In this document: positions 55,247-61,656 of the stretch, piece after piece
Layout: each line of letters begins with the position of its first letter
How positions within the stretch are numbered: the stretch's first letter is position 1
From: a virus
IMG/VR virus record: IMGVR_UViG_3300009497_000001
DNA length: 64,000 bases
Direction: 5' to 3' (one strand)
Position numbers and translations under genes: made by a program
The notes under the pieces: model-generated
The model's database searches: none
What the model was told of the DNA's origin: nothing
The model's input: only the letters and a program-made list of their open reading frames with translations

Positions 55247-55323
55247 TGGTGATCCCACTAGGATTTGAACCTAGAACCTACAGCTTAGAAGGCTGTTGCT
55301 CTATCCAGTTGAGCTATAGGACC
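55247..55323 (-). tRNA. tRNA-Arg (anticodon TCT), 77 nt with encoded CCA
   Basis: GGTCCTA-TA-GCTC-AACTGGATA-GAGC-A-ACAGC-CTTCTAA-GCTGT-AGGTT-CTAGG-TTCAAAT-CCTAG-TGGGATC-A-CCA. Confidence 0.9.
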
Positions 55324-55329
55324 ATAAAG

Positions 55330-55599
55330 TTATGATCTTGAGCCTGAGAAACCTAATTCATAGGCTTCAGCTGGGTGTTCTTCTATCCACATGTGACAGT
55401 TTCTGCAAACTGGTAACCATGTAGATGTATCCAAGTAGTATACGCCACGTCCATGTTTATGATGTACATCAGTAGCCTGCAAAGAACACTTATGGATCTT
55501 TGCATGACACATTGGTTTGTCTGTTAAATACTGCCTACGCTTTTTAGAATAGGCAGTATTCAGTTTAGACATTTTATTTGAGACTTTTTTGATGCTCAT
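55330..55599 (-). CDS. HNH endonuclease-like protein (89 aa; an alternative ATG at 55572 gives 80 aa)
   Basis: CHAKIHKC...DVHHKHGRG...CRNCHMWIEEHP, an HNH/zinc-finger pattern. Confidence 0.6.
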   Translation of the reverse strand: MSIKKVSNKMSKLNTAYSKKRRQYLTDKPMCHAKIHKCSLQATDVHHKHGRGVYYLDTSTWLPVCRNCHMWIEEHPAEAYELGFSGSRS

Positions 55600-56113
55600 T
55601 TTTTAGTTCTAAATAGTTTTTAGGGAGTAATCCCAAAGACATAAATTTTAATATTACATCCTCATAAGTCATACCTAACTCTTTGAAACTCATAGTGTTA
55701 GTGTAATCATCTAATACTTCACTAGCTGGTATATTTGCAATATACTGTGCTAATGGAGAATGCTTGAATGTATTGCTAAGATAAGCATTTACACGCTTAT
55801 TACAAATAGTTTGCTTCCAAGCATTTATCTCTCTCTGTCCACGTTTCCAAACCTTAGTTATTCTACGTTTCTTGTCCCAATGTAGCTTCCTAACTTCTTC
55901 AGGTTTATAAACCTTAAGGCCATGAAGTACACGTTTAAACAAAAAATGTTGATACGGATTTAGCTTGGTGTAACTTAAAGAGTTTACTAATGATGGCGGA
56001 TGAAGCTGATATTCAGCTAATATACCAAAGTAGCTGTAACGTTCTTCCCTTCTGGAAAGATTGTCTAGTTGTTGTTGTTGTTGAAGTTGTTCTAATTGTT
56101 CCTGAGATAGCAT
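55574..56113 (-). CDS. Hypothetical early-type protein (179 aa)
   Basis: ATG start, preceded by box A. Confidence 0.6.
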   Translation of the reverse strand: MLSQEQLEQLQQQQQLDNLSRREERYSYFGILAEYQLHPPSLVNSLSYTKLNPYQHFLFKRVLHGLKVYKPEEVRKLHWDKKRRITKVWKRGQREINAWKQTICNKRVNAYLSNTFKHSPLAQYIANIPASEVLDDYTNTMSFKELGMTYEDVILKFMSLGLLPKNYLELKNEHQKSLK

Positions 56114-56160
56114 AATTGTTTAGTTGTTATTGATTAGTAAAAGGTTGTCCTCATATTTGA

Positions 56161-56173
56161 GGAAGGGAGTAGT
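56161..56173 (-). promoter_or_regulatory. Box A: GGAAGGGAGTAGT (plus-strand reading), 48 nt upstream of ATG 56113; candidate phage-specific promoter element
   Basis: One of 5-6 copies of the GGAAGGGAGCAGT box, each 43-69 nt upstream of a minus-strand start. Flanking similarity continues (..AAAGTTA..GGnTnGTATAAG). Confidence 0.45.
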
Positions 56174-56185
56174 TAAAGTTAATTA

Positions 56186-56223
56186 GGGTTGTATAAGAAT
56201 TACTTAAAAAACTTACACAACCC
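56186..56223 (-). terminator. 12-bp hairpin (GGGTTGTATAAG-14 nt-CTTACACAACCC) downstream of 56256 gene and abutting box A; terminator, processing or promoter hairpin
   Basis: The single A/C mismatch on the plus strand becomes a G-U pair in the minus-sense RNA. The loop contains U6. No clean U-tract follows the stem. Confidence 0.35.
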
Positions 56224-56255
56224 CTTTTAACCAAACAAATTATTAATAACTACTC

Positions 56256-56873
56256 TTATAGTTCAAAGGTTTCAGCCTCTTCTTCTACAAGTTCTTCTAC
56301 TTTATCAGTAACTTCTTCTGTCTCAGTATCATTGCTTTCTTCTAAATCATCTACATCATCTACTGTAGAATTATCAAAACCTTCTGTTTTAATATCAAAT
56401 GCTTCTTCTACACTAGCTGCAGGTACACTTATAGAATTAGATTTTGCACTGCTAGTACCATTAGCATCTTTGATGTCTTGCCCATTAGTGTGAGCTATTA
56501 GCACGTCTTGAGCTGTTGTATCAGCTGTAAACATTGCTTTCCTATATATAGGTTGACCATCAACACAGCATACTATACCAGTATCACCTGCATATTTATA
56601 ATCTCTTTCAGGATCATTAGAATTAAATGGATCTAATTGTTCTTTGATAACAATCTTACCAGCTATTTCATCACCTGCTTTAAAGTTTAGGGATTGTAAG
56701 TCTTCTACCTTACCCTGTAGTAACGTTGATACATTAGACTTTTTAACCCAGCCATTGTTACCAAATGTAACTCTAACTTGTTGCAGTCTTACATAACCAT
56801 ACTCTGAATTGTTTTTTGATTGATTGATAACATTACCCATGTCATCTGCACATACATTGACTTTGCTTTGCAT
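56256..56873 (-). CDS. Protein with a globular N-domain and a highly acidic C-terminal tail (205 aa); SSB-like or DNA-mimic candidate
   Basis: The C-terminal ~50 aa are almost entirely D/E/T/V and end in EEEAETFEL. Confidence 0.6.
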   Translation of the reverse strand: MQSKVNVCADDMGNVINQSKNNSEYGYVRLQQVRVTFGNNGWVKKSNVSTLLQGKVEDLQSLNFKAGDEIAGKIVIKEQLDPFNSNDPERDYKYAGDTGIVCCVDGQPIYRKAMFTADTTAQDVLIAHTNGQDIKDANGTSSAKSNSISVPAASVEEAFDIKTEGFDNSTVDDVDDLEESNDTETEEVTDKVEELVEEEAETFEL

Positions 56874-56914
56874 TTTTTTTGATTTTAAAAAATTAATAAT
56901 TGATTTTGTGATGA

Positions 56915-57181
56915 CTACACGTCATCTGAATGAAAATATGGGTCATCAAGCTTTTCATATGCTTCTATCTCATCTAATGCAGGTTCATTTTCATCTATGA
57001 ACTCTAGTTCATAGTCTACTACTACTGTTTTACCTGAGAAAGCATTATAAAAGGGATTAACCACTTCTTTTGTGTATGCTGAACTTAAGCCATTAAGATC
57101 TTTTACCTCATCATCAGTTAACGAGAGGTATTGCTCTACTGAGCACTCAATTATACGGCCATTGGGTAGTTGTACTATCAT
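56915..57181 (-). CDS. Hypothetical acidic protein (88 aa from the ATG; the track start at 57193 is TTG)
   Basis: First ATG is at 57181 (MIVQLPNG...). Confidence 0.5.
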   Translation of the reverse strand: MIVQLPNGRIIECSVEQYLSLTDDEVKDLNGLSSAYTKEVVNPFYNAFSGKTVVVDYELEFIDENEPALDEIEAYEKLDDPYFHSDDV

Positions 57182-57280
57182 ATCTATTAACAAAGATATA
57201 AATATAACTTACCTTGGCTCACTAATTATAAGAAATTATTAGTTAAATTCAAAAATAAACTGCACTTATATAGCTATCAC

Positions 57281-57532
57281 TTAAATAATAACTAGTTTGC
57301 CTTTTACTCTTTTTATGTAATTATGCTGTCTCAACTCTTTTAAGAGCTTAAAGACATATCTTTGTGATACATCCATTGAGTCAGCAAGTGTTGAAGCAGA
57401 CGGATATGCTTCACGGTTTTTATCTGCATAGCATGCTATGAGACTATATAACCCTTTTGCTTGAATAGATAAATTGGGATCTGACAAGACTTTATACTTA
57501 ACTATGCCAAATCTATCTGATTTCTTTGACAT
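57281..57532 (-). CDS. Winged-helix/HTH_36-like DNA-binding protein (83 aa)
   Basis: LSIQAKGLYSLIACYADKNREAYPSASTLADSMDVSQRYVFKLLKELRQHNYI matches the HTH_36 pattern. Confidence 0.6.
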   Translation of the reverse strand: MSKKSDRFGIVKYKVLSDPNLSIQAKGLYSLIACYADKNREAYPSASTLADSMDVSQRYVFKLLKELRQHNYIKRVKGKLVII

Positions 57533-57725
57533 GGTCCTTTAATAGTATAAGTACGGCCAAAGACTCACTTTCTTCATTAGCAAGTTTGTCATTACCCATA
57601 TTATACTTATTATTCATATATCTCCCAAAAGACATATTCTTTCCATCTACACGGTTTAATGCATTATCTAATGCACGCCATGCTTTTTGTTCACTTTGTA
57701 GTAACTCCATTGATATATCTGCCAT
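57513..57725 (-). CDS. Hypothetical protein (70 aa)
   Basis: ATG start; 20-nt overlap with the downstream HTH gene. Confidence 0.5.
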   Translation of the reverse strand: MADISMELLQSEQKAWRALDNALNRVDGKNMSFGRYMNNKYNMGNDKLANEESESLAVLILLKDHVKEIR

Positions 57726-57726
57726 T

Positions 57727-58254
57727 TTAATCTGTTTTATCTTCTGGAAATAATTCCTCTTGATTTATAACTACGTCTGTATCTAATATATCAAAATATT
57801 TTATATCAGACTCATTAACCTTGGTCAAATCTAATGGATTTACTTGGTGATCATATGTTTTTAGCTTCTTTTGTTTATCATGATAGAATAAATCTACTTT
57901 GATAGAGCTATAAAATGGGTTAAACTTATCATTACCCCATGATGAATCACCTGTGACTTTACCATATACTCTTCCATTACCTGGGCTTAGGCCCATATCT
58001 TCAAGTATATCCCATTCAAACTCTGATCCTGGGTGGTAACTTAATGGTTCTAATGTTACAAAATCACCTATACTAACAGTATTATACTCATCTTTAGATA
58101 AACTTAGATGTAATATAATCTCTTTAGCATGATCTGGTAACTCTCTCATTATAATATTGAATATATGTTCATTATTACACGGTGTGTTTGGTATTAAAAC
58201 ATTTTTTAATATGTTATTTACTATGATCTCATTGATCTTAAATTGATTTGCCAT
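57727..58254 (-). CDS. Hypothetical early-type protein (175 aa)
   Basis: ATG start, preceded by box B. Confidence 0.6.
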   Translation of the reverse strand: MANQFKINEIIVNNILKNVLIPNTPCNNEHIFNIIMRELPDHAKEIILHLSLSKDEYNTVSIGDFVTLEPLSYHPGSEFEWDILEDMGLSPGNGRVYGKVTGDSSWGNDKFNPFYSSIKVDLFYHDKQKKLKTYDHQVNPLDLTKVNESDIKYFDILDTDVVINQEELFPEDKTD

Positions 58255-58296
58255 GATTATTTTAATTGATTATTATTTAATTTATTCCATAAGTGA

Positions 58297-58309
58297 GGAA
58301 GGGAGCAGT
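58297..58309 (-). promoter_or_regulatory. Box B: GGAAGGGAGCAGT, 43 nt upstream of ATG 58254
   Basis: Exact consensus copy, preceded (plus-sense) by CATAAGTGA as in box C (CATAAGAAA). Confidence 0.45.
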
Positions 58310-58322
58310 TAGAGTAACAAGT

Positions 58323-58376
58323 ATGGATAGTAACGCAACCCTAAACAATTATATAAAAGGTATTATTACTATCCAT
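58323..58376 (-). repeat. 11-bp perfect inverted repeat ATGGATAGTAA-32 nt-TTACTATCCAT abutting box B
   Basis: Read directly. The proximal arm is the conserved ATGGAT.GTA part of the extended box. Confidence 0.5.
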
Positions 58377-58472
58377 TTTGCCCACCACTCATTATTTTAT
58401 TCTACAAGGCCTAACTACAGTAGTATATATTATATATAACTAACTACTGGTACTGTTTGTATGAACTGTGGT

Positions 58473-58802
58473 TCACTTTTTTGATGTAAATTCTATTGAT
58501 ACAAACGGTAATAGCATCAACCAAGAGATTTCATCAATCTTGTGATGAGGATCTACACCAAATGCAAATCCAAATATTGGTACTATTTCTATAGATGCTT
58601 TAGGTAACATTCTTACCTTGGACATAAAGACTAAATACACAACAGAGTTAGCTACTATTGCTATGCCCACTAACAGTAAAGTTATAAGTATAACTGCGGA
58701 TGTCTCATACATGGTTAGTATCATGTATGCTCCTACTATAAATAATATAGGTAGTACTACTACGAATAATAATTTTAATAATGACCTGAATAAATGTTTC
58801 AT
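58473..58802 (-). CDS. Multi-pass small membrane protein (109 aa)
   Basis: Three hydrophobic stretches (LLFVVVLPILFIVGAYMIL, AVILITLLLVGIAIVANSVVYLVF, ISWLMLLPFV). Confidence 0.6.
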   Translation of the reverse strand: MKHLFRSLLKLLFVVVLPILFIVGAYMILTMYETSAVILITLLLVGIAIVANSVVYLVFMSKVRMLPKASIEIVPIFGFAFGVDPHHKIDEISWLMLLPFVSIEFTSKK

Positions 58803-58837
58803 AATTTCTAATTGTTTATTGATTAATTAATTTGTTT

Positions 58838-59269
58838 TTATAATGGTACGATTGAATCACCGTTGATTATTAGATCTGATAAGTCTAACTGATTATACTC
58901 ATAGTCTCCATTCCAATATGATACATCATATAGACTCATATAGTAATTTGATGTAGTATATATAAAGTAATCCGGATTTGTATTTGATGTGTCCATAGCC
59001 CACTCTAACCAATCACTTTGTGTATCAGTTGGTGGGTTTGTTGCAAACCATGCTAGCATATATACTGGCATATCAAAGCTATCCCATGCATAATACTTAT
59101 AATTTATGATTGTAGTATTATTAACACTATCCCATACATATGATTCCACATTCACAGCATACACTGTGAGTGTATCAACAGGCGGTTGTTGTACCTCTAC
59201 TATTTCAAGAGGCTCTTTTTCACAGCTCATTATAGATACTAAGAGAAAGAATATTGATATATATTTCAT
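58838..59269 (-). CDS. Putative lipoprotein (143 aa)
   Basis: MKYISIFFLLVSIMSCEKE is a signal peptide with a lipobox-like IMSC. Trp/Tyr/Asp-rich mature part. Confidence 0.55.
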   Translation of the reverse strand: MKYISIFFLLVSIMSCEKEPLEIVEVQQPPVDTLTVYAVNVESYVWDSVNNTTIINYKYYAWDSFDMPVYMLAWFATNPPTDTQSDWLEWAMDTSNTNPDYFIYTTSNYYMSLYDVSYWNGDYEYNQLDLSDLIINGDSIVPL

Positions 59270-59273
59270 AAGA

Positions 59274-59465
59274 TTAATTATTATGGAGATTACAATACGA
59301 TATATATTCTCTCTCCTGGTTATGTTTGATTACTTTTAATGTGTGTTCTGCTTCTTGCTTAGTTTTATGATAACGTGACTGTCTATCATAAGGCATACCA
59401 TTCTCTGTACGACCTATGTAATATCCAGCTGCTGATCTTAAAACCTTTACTGATGAAATTTTCAT
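59274..59465 (-). CDS. Hypothetical basic protein (63 aa)
   Basis: ATG start, 4 nt upstream of the lipoprotein gene. Confidence 0.5.
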   Translation of the reverse strand: MKISSVKVLRSAAGYYIGRTENGMPYDRQSRYHKTKQEAEHTLKVIKHNQEREYISYCNLHNN

Positions 59466-59531
59466 AATTGTTTATTTAATTTAGACATTTGATTAATAAG
59501 ATTCCGGGTACTATGTCTATTATCCTATAGA

Positions 59532-59544
59532 GGAAGAGACAGAC
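59532..59544 (-). promoter_or_regulatory. Degenerate box copy GGAAGAGACAGAC, 67 nt upstream of ATG 59465
   Basis: Preceded by GA as in boxes A and B, giving a shared GAGGAAG. The 3' half diverges. A 7-bp hairpin TAGACAT/ATGTCTA (59482-59519) lies between it and the gene. Confidence 0.25.
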
Positions 59545-59792
59545 ATTACCCATGTAGTATTGTTGAGTGTAATAGTTACTCTTGTAATATAAGCTAGCAT
59601 AAGAGTGATGATAAACGTGGACGCATGACTTGCAAATCAATTGTCAATCTCCGTACCATACCCAATTTAATGTTTATGCTCTTATGTTAGCTATATTAAT
59701 ATATTAATGTGCTATGATAGTTATGATAGTGGTAAAAGGTGGTATATTGTGGGTATGAGACCTCACATTTATAATGCTATACACATTTAAAT

Positions 59793-59835
59793 AAAAAAAA
59801 CAACTACAAACCTGGTTGTTACACCAGATCTGTAG
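59793..59835 (-). terminator. Intrinsic terminator after 59859-60197
   Basis: Minus-sense CTACA-gat-CTGGT-gtaaca-ACCAG-gtt-TGTAG followed by ttg+T8. Confidence 0.6.
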
Positions 59836-59858
59836 AGTTTTTACCTTTTACTGCAGGT

Positions 59859-60197
59859 TTACACTGCTTCTATCCAAAACATACCTGATTCTTCTCCTGT
59901 TGTTAGGTTTAACACAGGATTATCAGATAGCTTGAAGCCTTTCATCTCATCACCTCTATTAAGTTTAGCACTTAACTGTTTGATGACTGGATGATCAGAA
60001 CGCATTACTTGTCCAGTCTCTGGATCTATTAGGCTTAATACGCCAAATGTGATGTTGTTCTGTGTTCTTGTTGCTACATTAACGCCTGCTAATGTAGTAG
60101 CTTTTTGTATCAATGGTACATCTGATGCAATAATAGTTGCACTTCCTGTTGACTCATTGATATTGAGCTTTCTAAAATAAACTGAATTTGTTTCCAT
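59859..60197 (-). CDS. Small protein, paralogue A of a tandem pair (112 aa)
   Basis: VYFRKLNINESTGSATII...FGVLSLIDPETGQVMRSDHP.IKQL.AKLN.GDE...FKLSD is shared with 60754-61083. Confidence 0.7.
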   Translation of the reverse strand: METNSVYFRKLNINESTGSATIIASDVPLIQKATTLAGVNVATRTQNNITFGVLSLIDPETGQVMRSDHPVIKQLSAKLNRGDEMKGFKLSDNPVLNLTTGEESGMFWIEAV

Positions 60198-60241
60198 AAT
60201 TTTAATTATAATTAATGATTAATAAATATTTGCATAAGAAA

Positions 60242-60254
60242 GGAAGGGAGCAGT
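60242..60254 (-). promoter_or_regulatory. Box C: GGAAGGGAGCAGT, 45 nt upstream of ATG 60197
   Basis: Exact consensus copy. Confidence 0.45.
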
Positions 60255-60285
60255 GAAAGTTATATGGATGGTATAAGATTGTATG

Positions 60286-60400
60286 ACCAGTAGCAGTTAA
60301 AATAAAAAAAGTACTGGTGCATCCGTAGAACCTCCTCTGGTAGGTGTATTAAGCAGTAGCCTCCGCAGGCCTTGCTTCCCCAGGATGCATTCCCAGTACA
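60286..60400 (-). ncRNA. Candidate structured small RNA: GC-rich multi-stem element between boxes D and C
   Basis: Minus-sense GTACTGG(60399-60393)/CCAGTAC(60317-60311) plus GCATCC/GGATGC form a 13-bp outer stem. Inner hairpins are AAGCA-AG-GCCT-GCGG-AGGC-TAC-TGCTT and ACCT-ACCAGAGG-AGGT. An alternative pairing is ACCAGTA/TACTGGT (60318-60286). Local G+C is clearly above the surroundings. The strand is assumed from the flanking boxes. Confidence 0.3.
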
Positions 60401-60407
60401 TATTATG

Positions 60408-60420
60408 GGAAGGGAGCAGT
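60408..60420 (-). promoter_or_regulatory. Box D: GGAAGGGAGCAGT with no protein gene directly downstream; sits just after a terminator and before the structured element
   Basis: Exact consensus copy. Confidence 0.4.
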
Positions 60421-60425
60421 TGTTT

Positions 60426-60452
60426 AAAAAAAGATGTGCTTTTACACACACC
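60426..60452 (-). terminator. Intrinsic terminator after 60461-60679
   Basis: Minus-sense GGUGUGU-GUAAAA-GCACAUC (7 bp including G-U pairs valid only in this sense) followed by U7. Confidence 0.55.
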
Positions 60453-60460
60453 TTTATTTA

Positions 60461-60679
60461 CTACCATTCATCCATCATATCCATCTCACTAAACTCTGCA
60501 TCAATCATATCTTCTTGGAATCTACGGTCAATGCCTGTTAGTTTAGGTTTAGTAGCCTTTTGTTTAAGTGATTCATACACTTTCATAAACTCTTCTACAT
60601 TCATATCTCCTGCCTCTTGGCAGATAGCATCAAGTTGTAGTTTTATCTTGTGATGCATTTTGTACAATCTGTTTTCCAT
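60461..60679 (-). CDS. Hypothetical acidic protein (72 aa)
   Basis: ATG start, bracketed by two terminators. Confidence 0.6.
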   Translation of the reverse strand: MENRLYKMHHKIKLQLDAICQEAGDMNVEEFMKVYESLKQKATKPKLTGIDRRFQEDMIDAEFSEMDMMDEW

Positions 60680-60711
60680 AATTTAGTGAGTACGCTCTCC
60701 AGCTTTTAGTT

Positions 60712-60743
60712 AAAAAAAAGAGGTGTGCTGTTACACACACCCC
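60712..60743 (-). terminator. Intrinsic terminator after 60754-61083
   Basis: Minus-sense GGTGTG-tgtaacag-CACACC followed by TC+T8. Stem sequence is related to the 60426 terminator. Confidence 0.6.
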
Positions 60744-60753
60744 TGTACTTCAT

Positions 60754-61083
60754 CTAGGCTTGTTCAACCCAGAAGAGGTTCTCATTCTCCTCACCAGTCT
60801 GTAGGTTGACAACCTTTTGGTCAGACAGTTTGAAGTTAGGTAGCTCATCACCTACATTCAACTTAGCTCCAAGCTGTTTGATTGTAGGGTGGTCACTACG
60901 CATCACCTGATTAGTTTCAGGGTCTATTAGTGAAAGAACACCAAAGGAGATGTTTCCTTGAGTTCTTGTTCCCACAGACAAACCAGCAAGTGTAGTTTGT
61001 TTCTGTGACATTGGAGCAGAGCTCACAATGATTGTTGCTGAGCCAGTAGACTCATTGATGTTTAGTTTTCTAAAGTAAACCAT
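60754..61083 (-). CDS. Small protein, paralogue B of the tandem pair (109 aa)
   Basis: See 59859-60197. Confidence 0.7.
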   Translation of the reverse strand: MVYFRKLNINESTGSATIIVSSAPMSQKQTTLAGLSVGTRTQGNISFGVLSLIDPETNQVMRSDHPTIKQLGAKLNVGDELPNFKLSDQKVVNLQTGEENENLFWVEQA

Positions 61084-61151
61084 TTGTAAAAGTATTAAGT
61101 TAATTAATTAAGTGTGGATAATTACGGGGGGTGACCCAACCACAAACATTA

Positions 61152-61164
61152 GGCGGGGAGCAGT
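61152..61164 (-). promoter_or_regulatory. Box E: GGCGGGGAGCAGT variant, 69 nt upstream of ATG 61083
   Basis: Shares the GGGAGCAGT core. Lies in the G-tract-rich divergent region. Confidence 0.35.
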
Positions 61165-61211
61165 TTTATATAGGGTCTCACCTATGCCAAATACATAATT
61201 TTGCCAGGACC

Positions 61212-61287
61212 GGTGGGGGGATATAAAATTTTTTTAATCAGGTGGGGGCTATGTTCTGAGTCAAAAGTTTTTATAGGTTGGGGGAAT
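61212..61287. repeat. Three direct G-tract repeats GGTGGGGGGATAT / GGTGGGGGCTAT / GGTTGGGGGAAT, starts spaced 29 and 35 nt apart; a further G6 lies at 61126-61131
   Basis: Read directly. G5-6 runs are conspicuous in this AT-rich genome. Located at the minus/plus divergent strand switch. Confidence 0.6.
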
Positions 61288-61333
61288 TTAGTATATTGTT
61301 CTTATAGACGCAGTGTAACTTAAATAATAGAAT

Positions 61334-61654
61334 ATGGGACAATGGGATGACAATAATGGAGAAGATCACGGGCTGAGTGAAATAGAACAAATGCAATTAG
61401 ATGCAATACTACTTGAGACAGCATATGAGAACTCTTTTCTAGTATTAACTAATCAGATAACATTTGAAGAGTTAATGATTAAGAAGTTTAAGAAGGGTCA
61501 TGAGGCCGTACTGGCGTTTGATCCTGACAATGGTCCTGAACTAACCGAATTTGAAAATATGTTAGCGTACTATATAGAAATTGAAGAGTATGAAAGGTGT
61601 GCTAAAATTAGAGACATAATGAATAGGGCGTATCCAGAATGTATAAATAATTAG
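61334..61654 (+). CDS. Small acidic protein with a UVR-like motif (106 aa)
   Basis: YYIEIEEYERCAKIRDIMN matches the UvrB/UvrC UVR-domain pattern (E.YE.AA.lRD.i). Confidence 0.55.
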   Translation: MGQWDDNNGEDHGLSEIEQMQLDAILLETAYENSFLVLTNQITFEELMIKKFKKGHEAVLAFDPDNGPELTEFENMLAYYIEIEEYERCAKIRDIMNRAYPECINN

Positions 61655-61656
61655 TT

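Noticed and set aside
60319-60388. Possible tRNA: GCATCC...GGATGC acceptor-like stem followed by ACCA on the minus strand
   Set aside because: I could not draw D, anticodon or T arms on either strand. There is no GTTC-type T loop in register, and position 7-66 is unpaired. It is kept only as part of the candidate structured RNA.
60260-60653. ORFs 60260-60451 (-) and 60372-60653 (+)
   Set aside because: The first runs through a terminator, a box and the GC-rich stem-loops, and has Cys/Trp-rich odd composition. The second is antisense to 60461-60679 and crosses its terminator. I interpret the region as non-coding.
61126-61287. G-quadruplex formed by the G5-G6 runs
   Set aside because: The loops between G-tracts are about 20-55 nt, far longer than in canonical intramolecular G4s. 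A protein-binding repeat interpretation is preferred.
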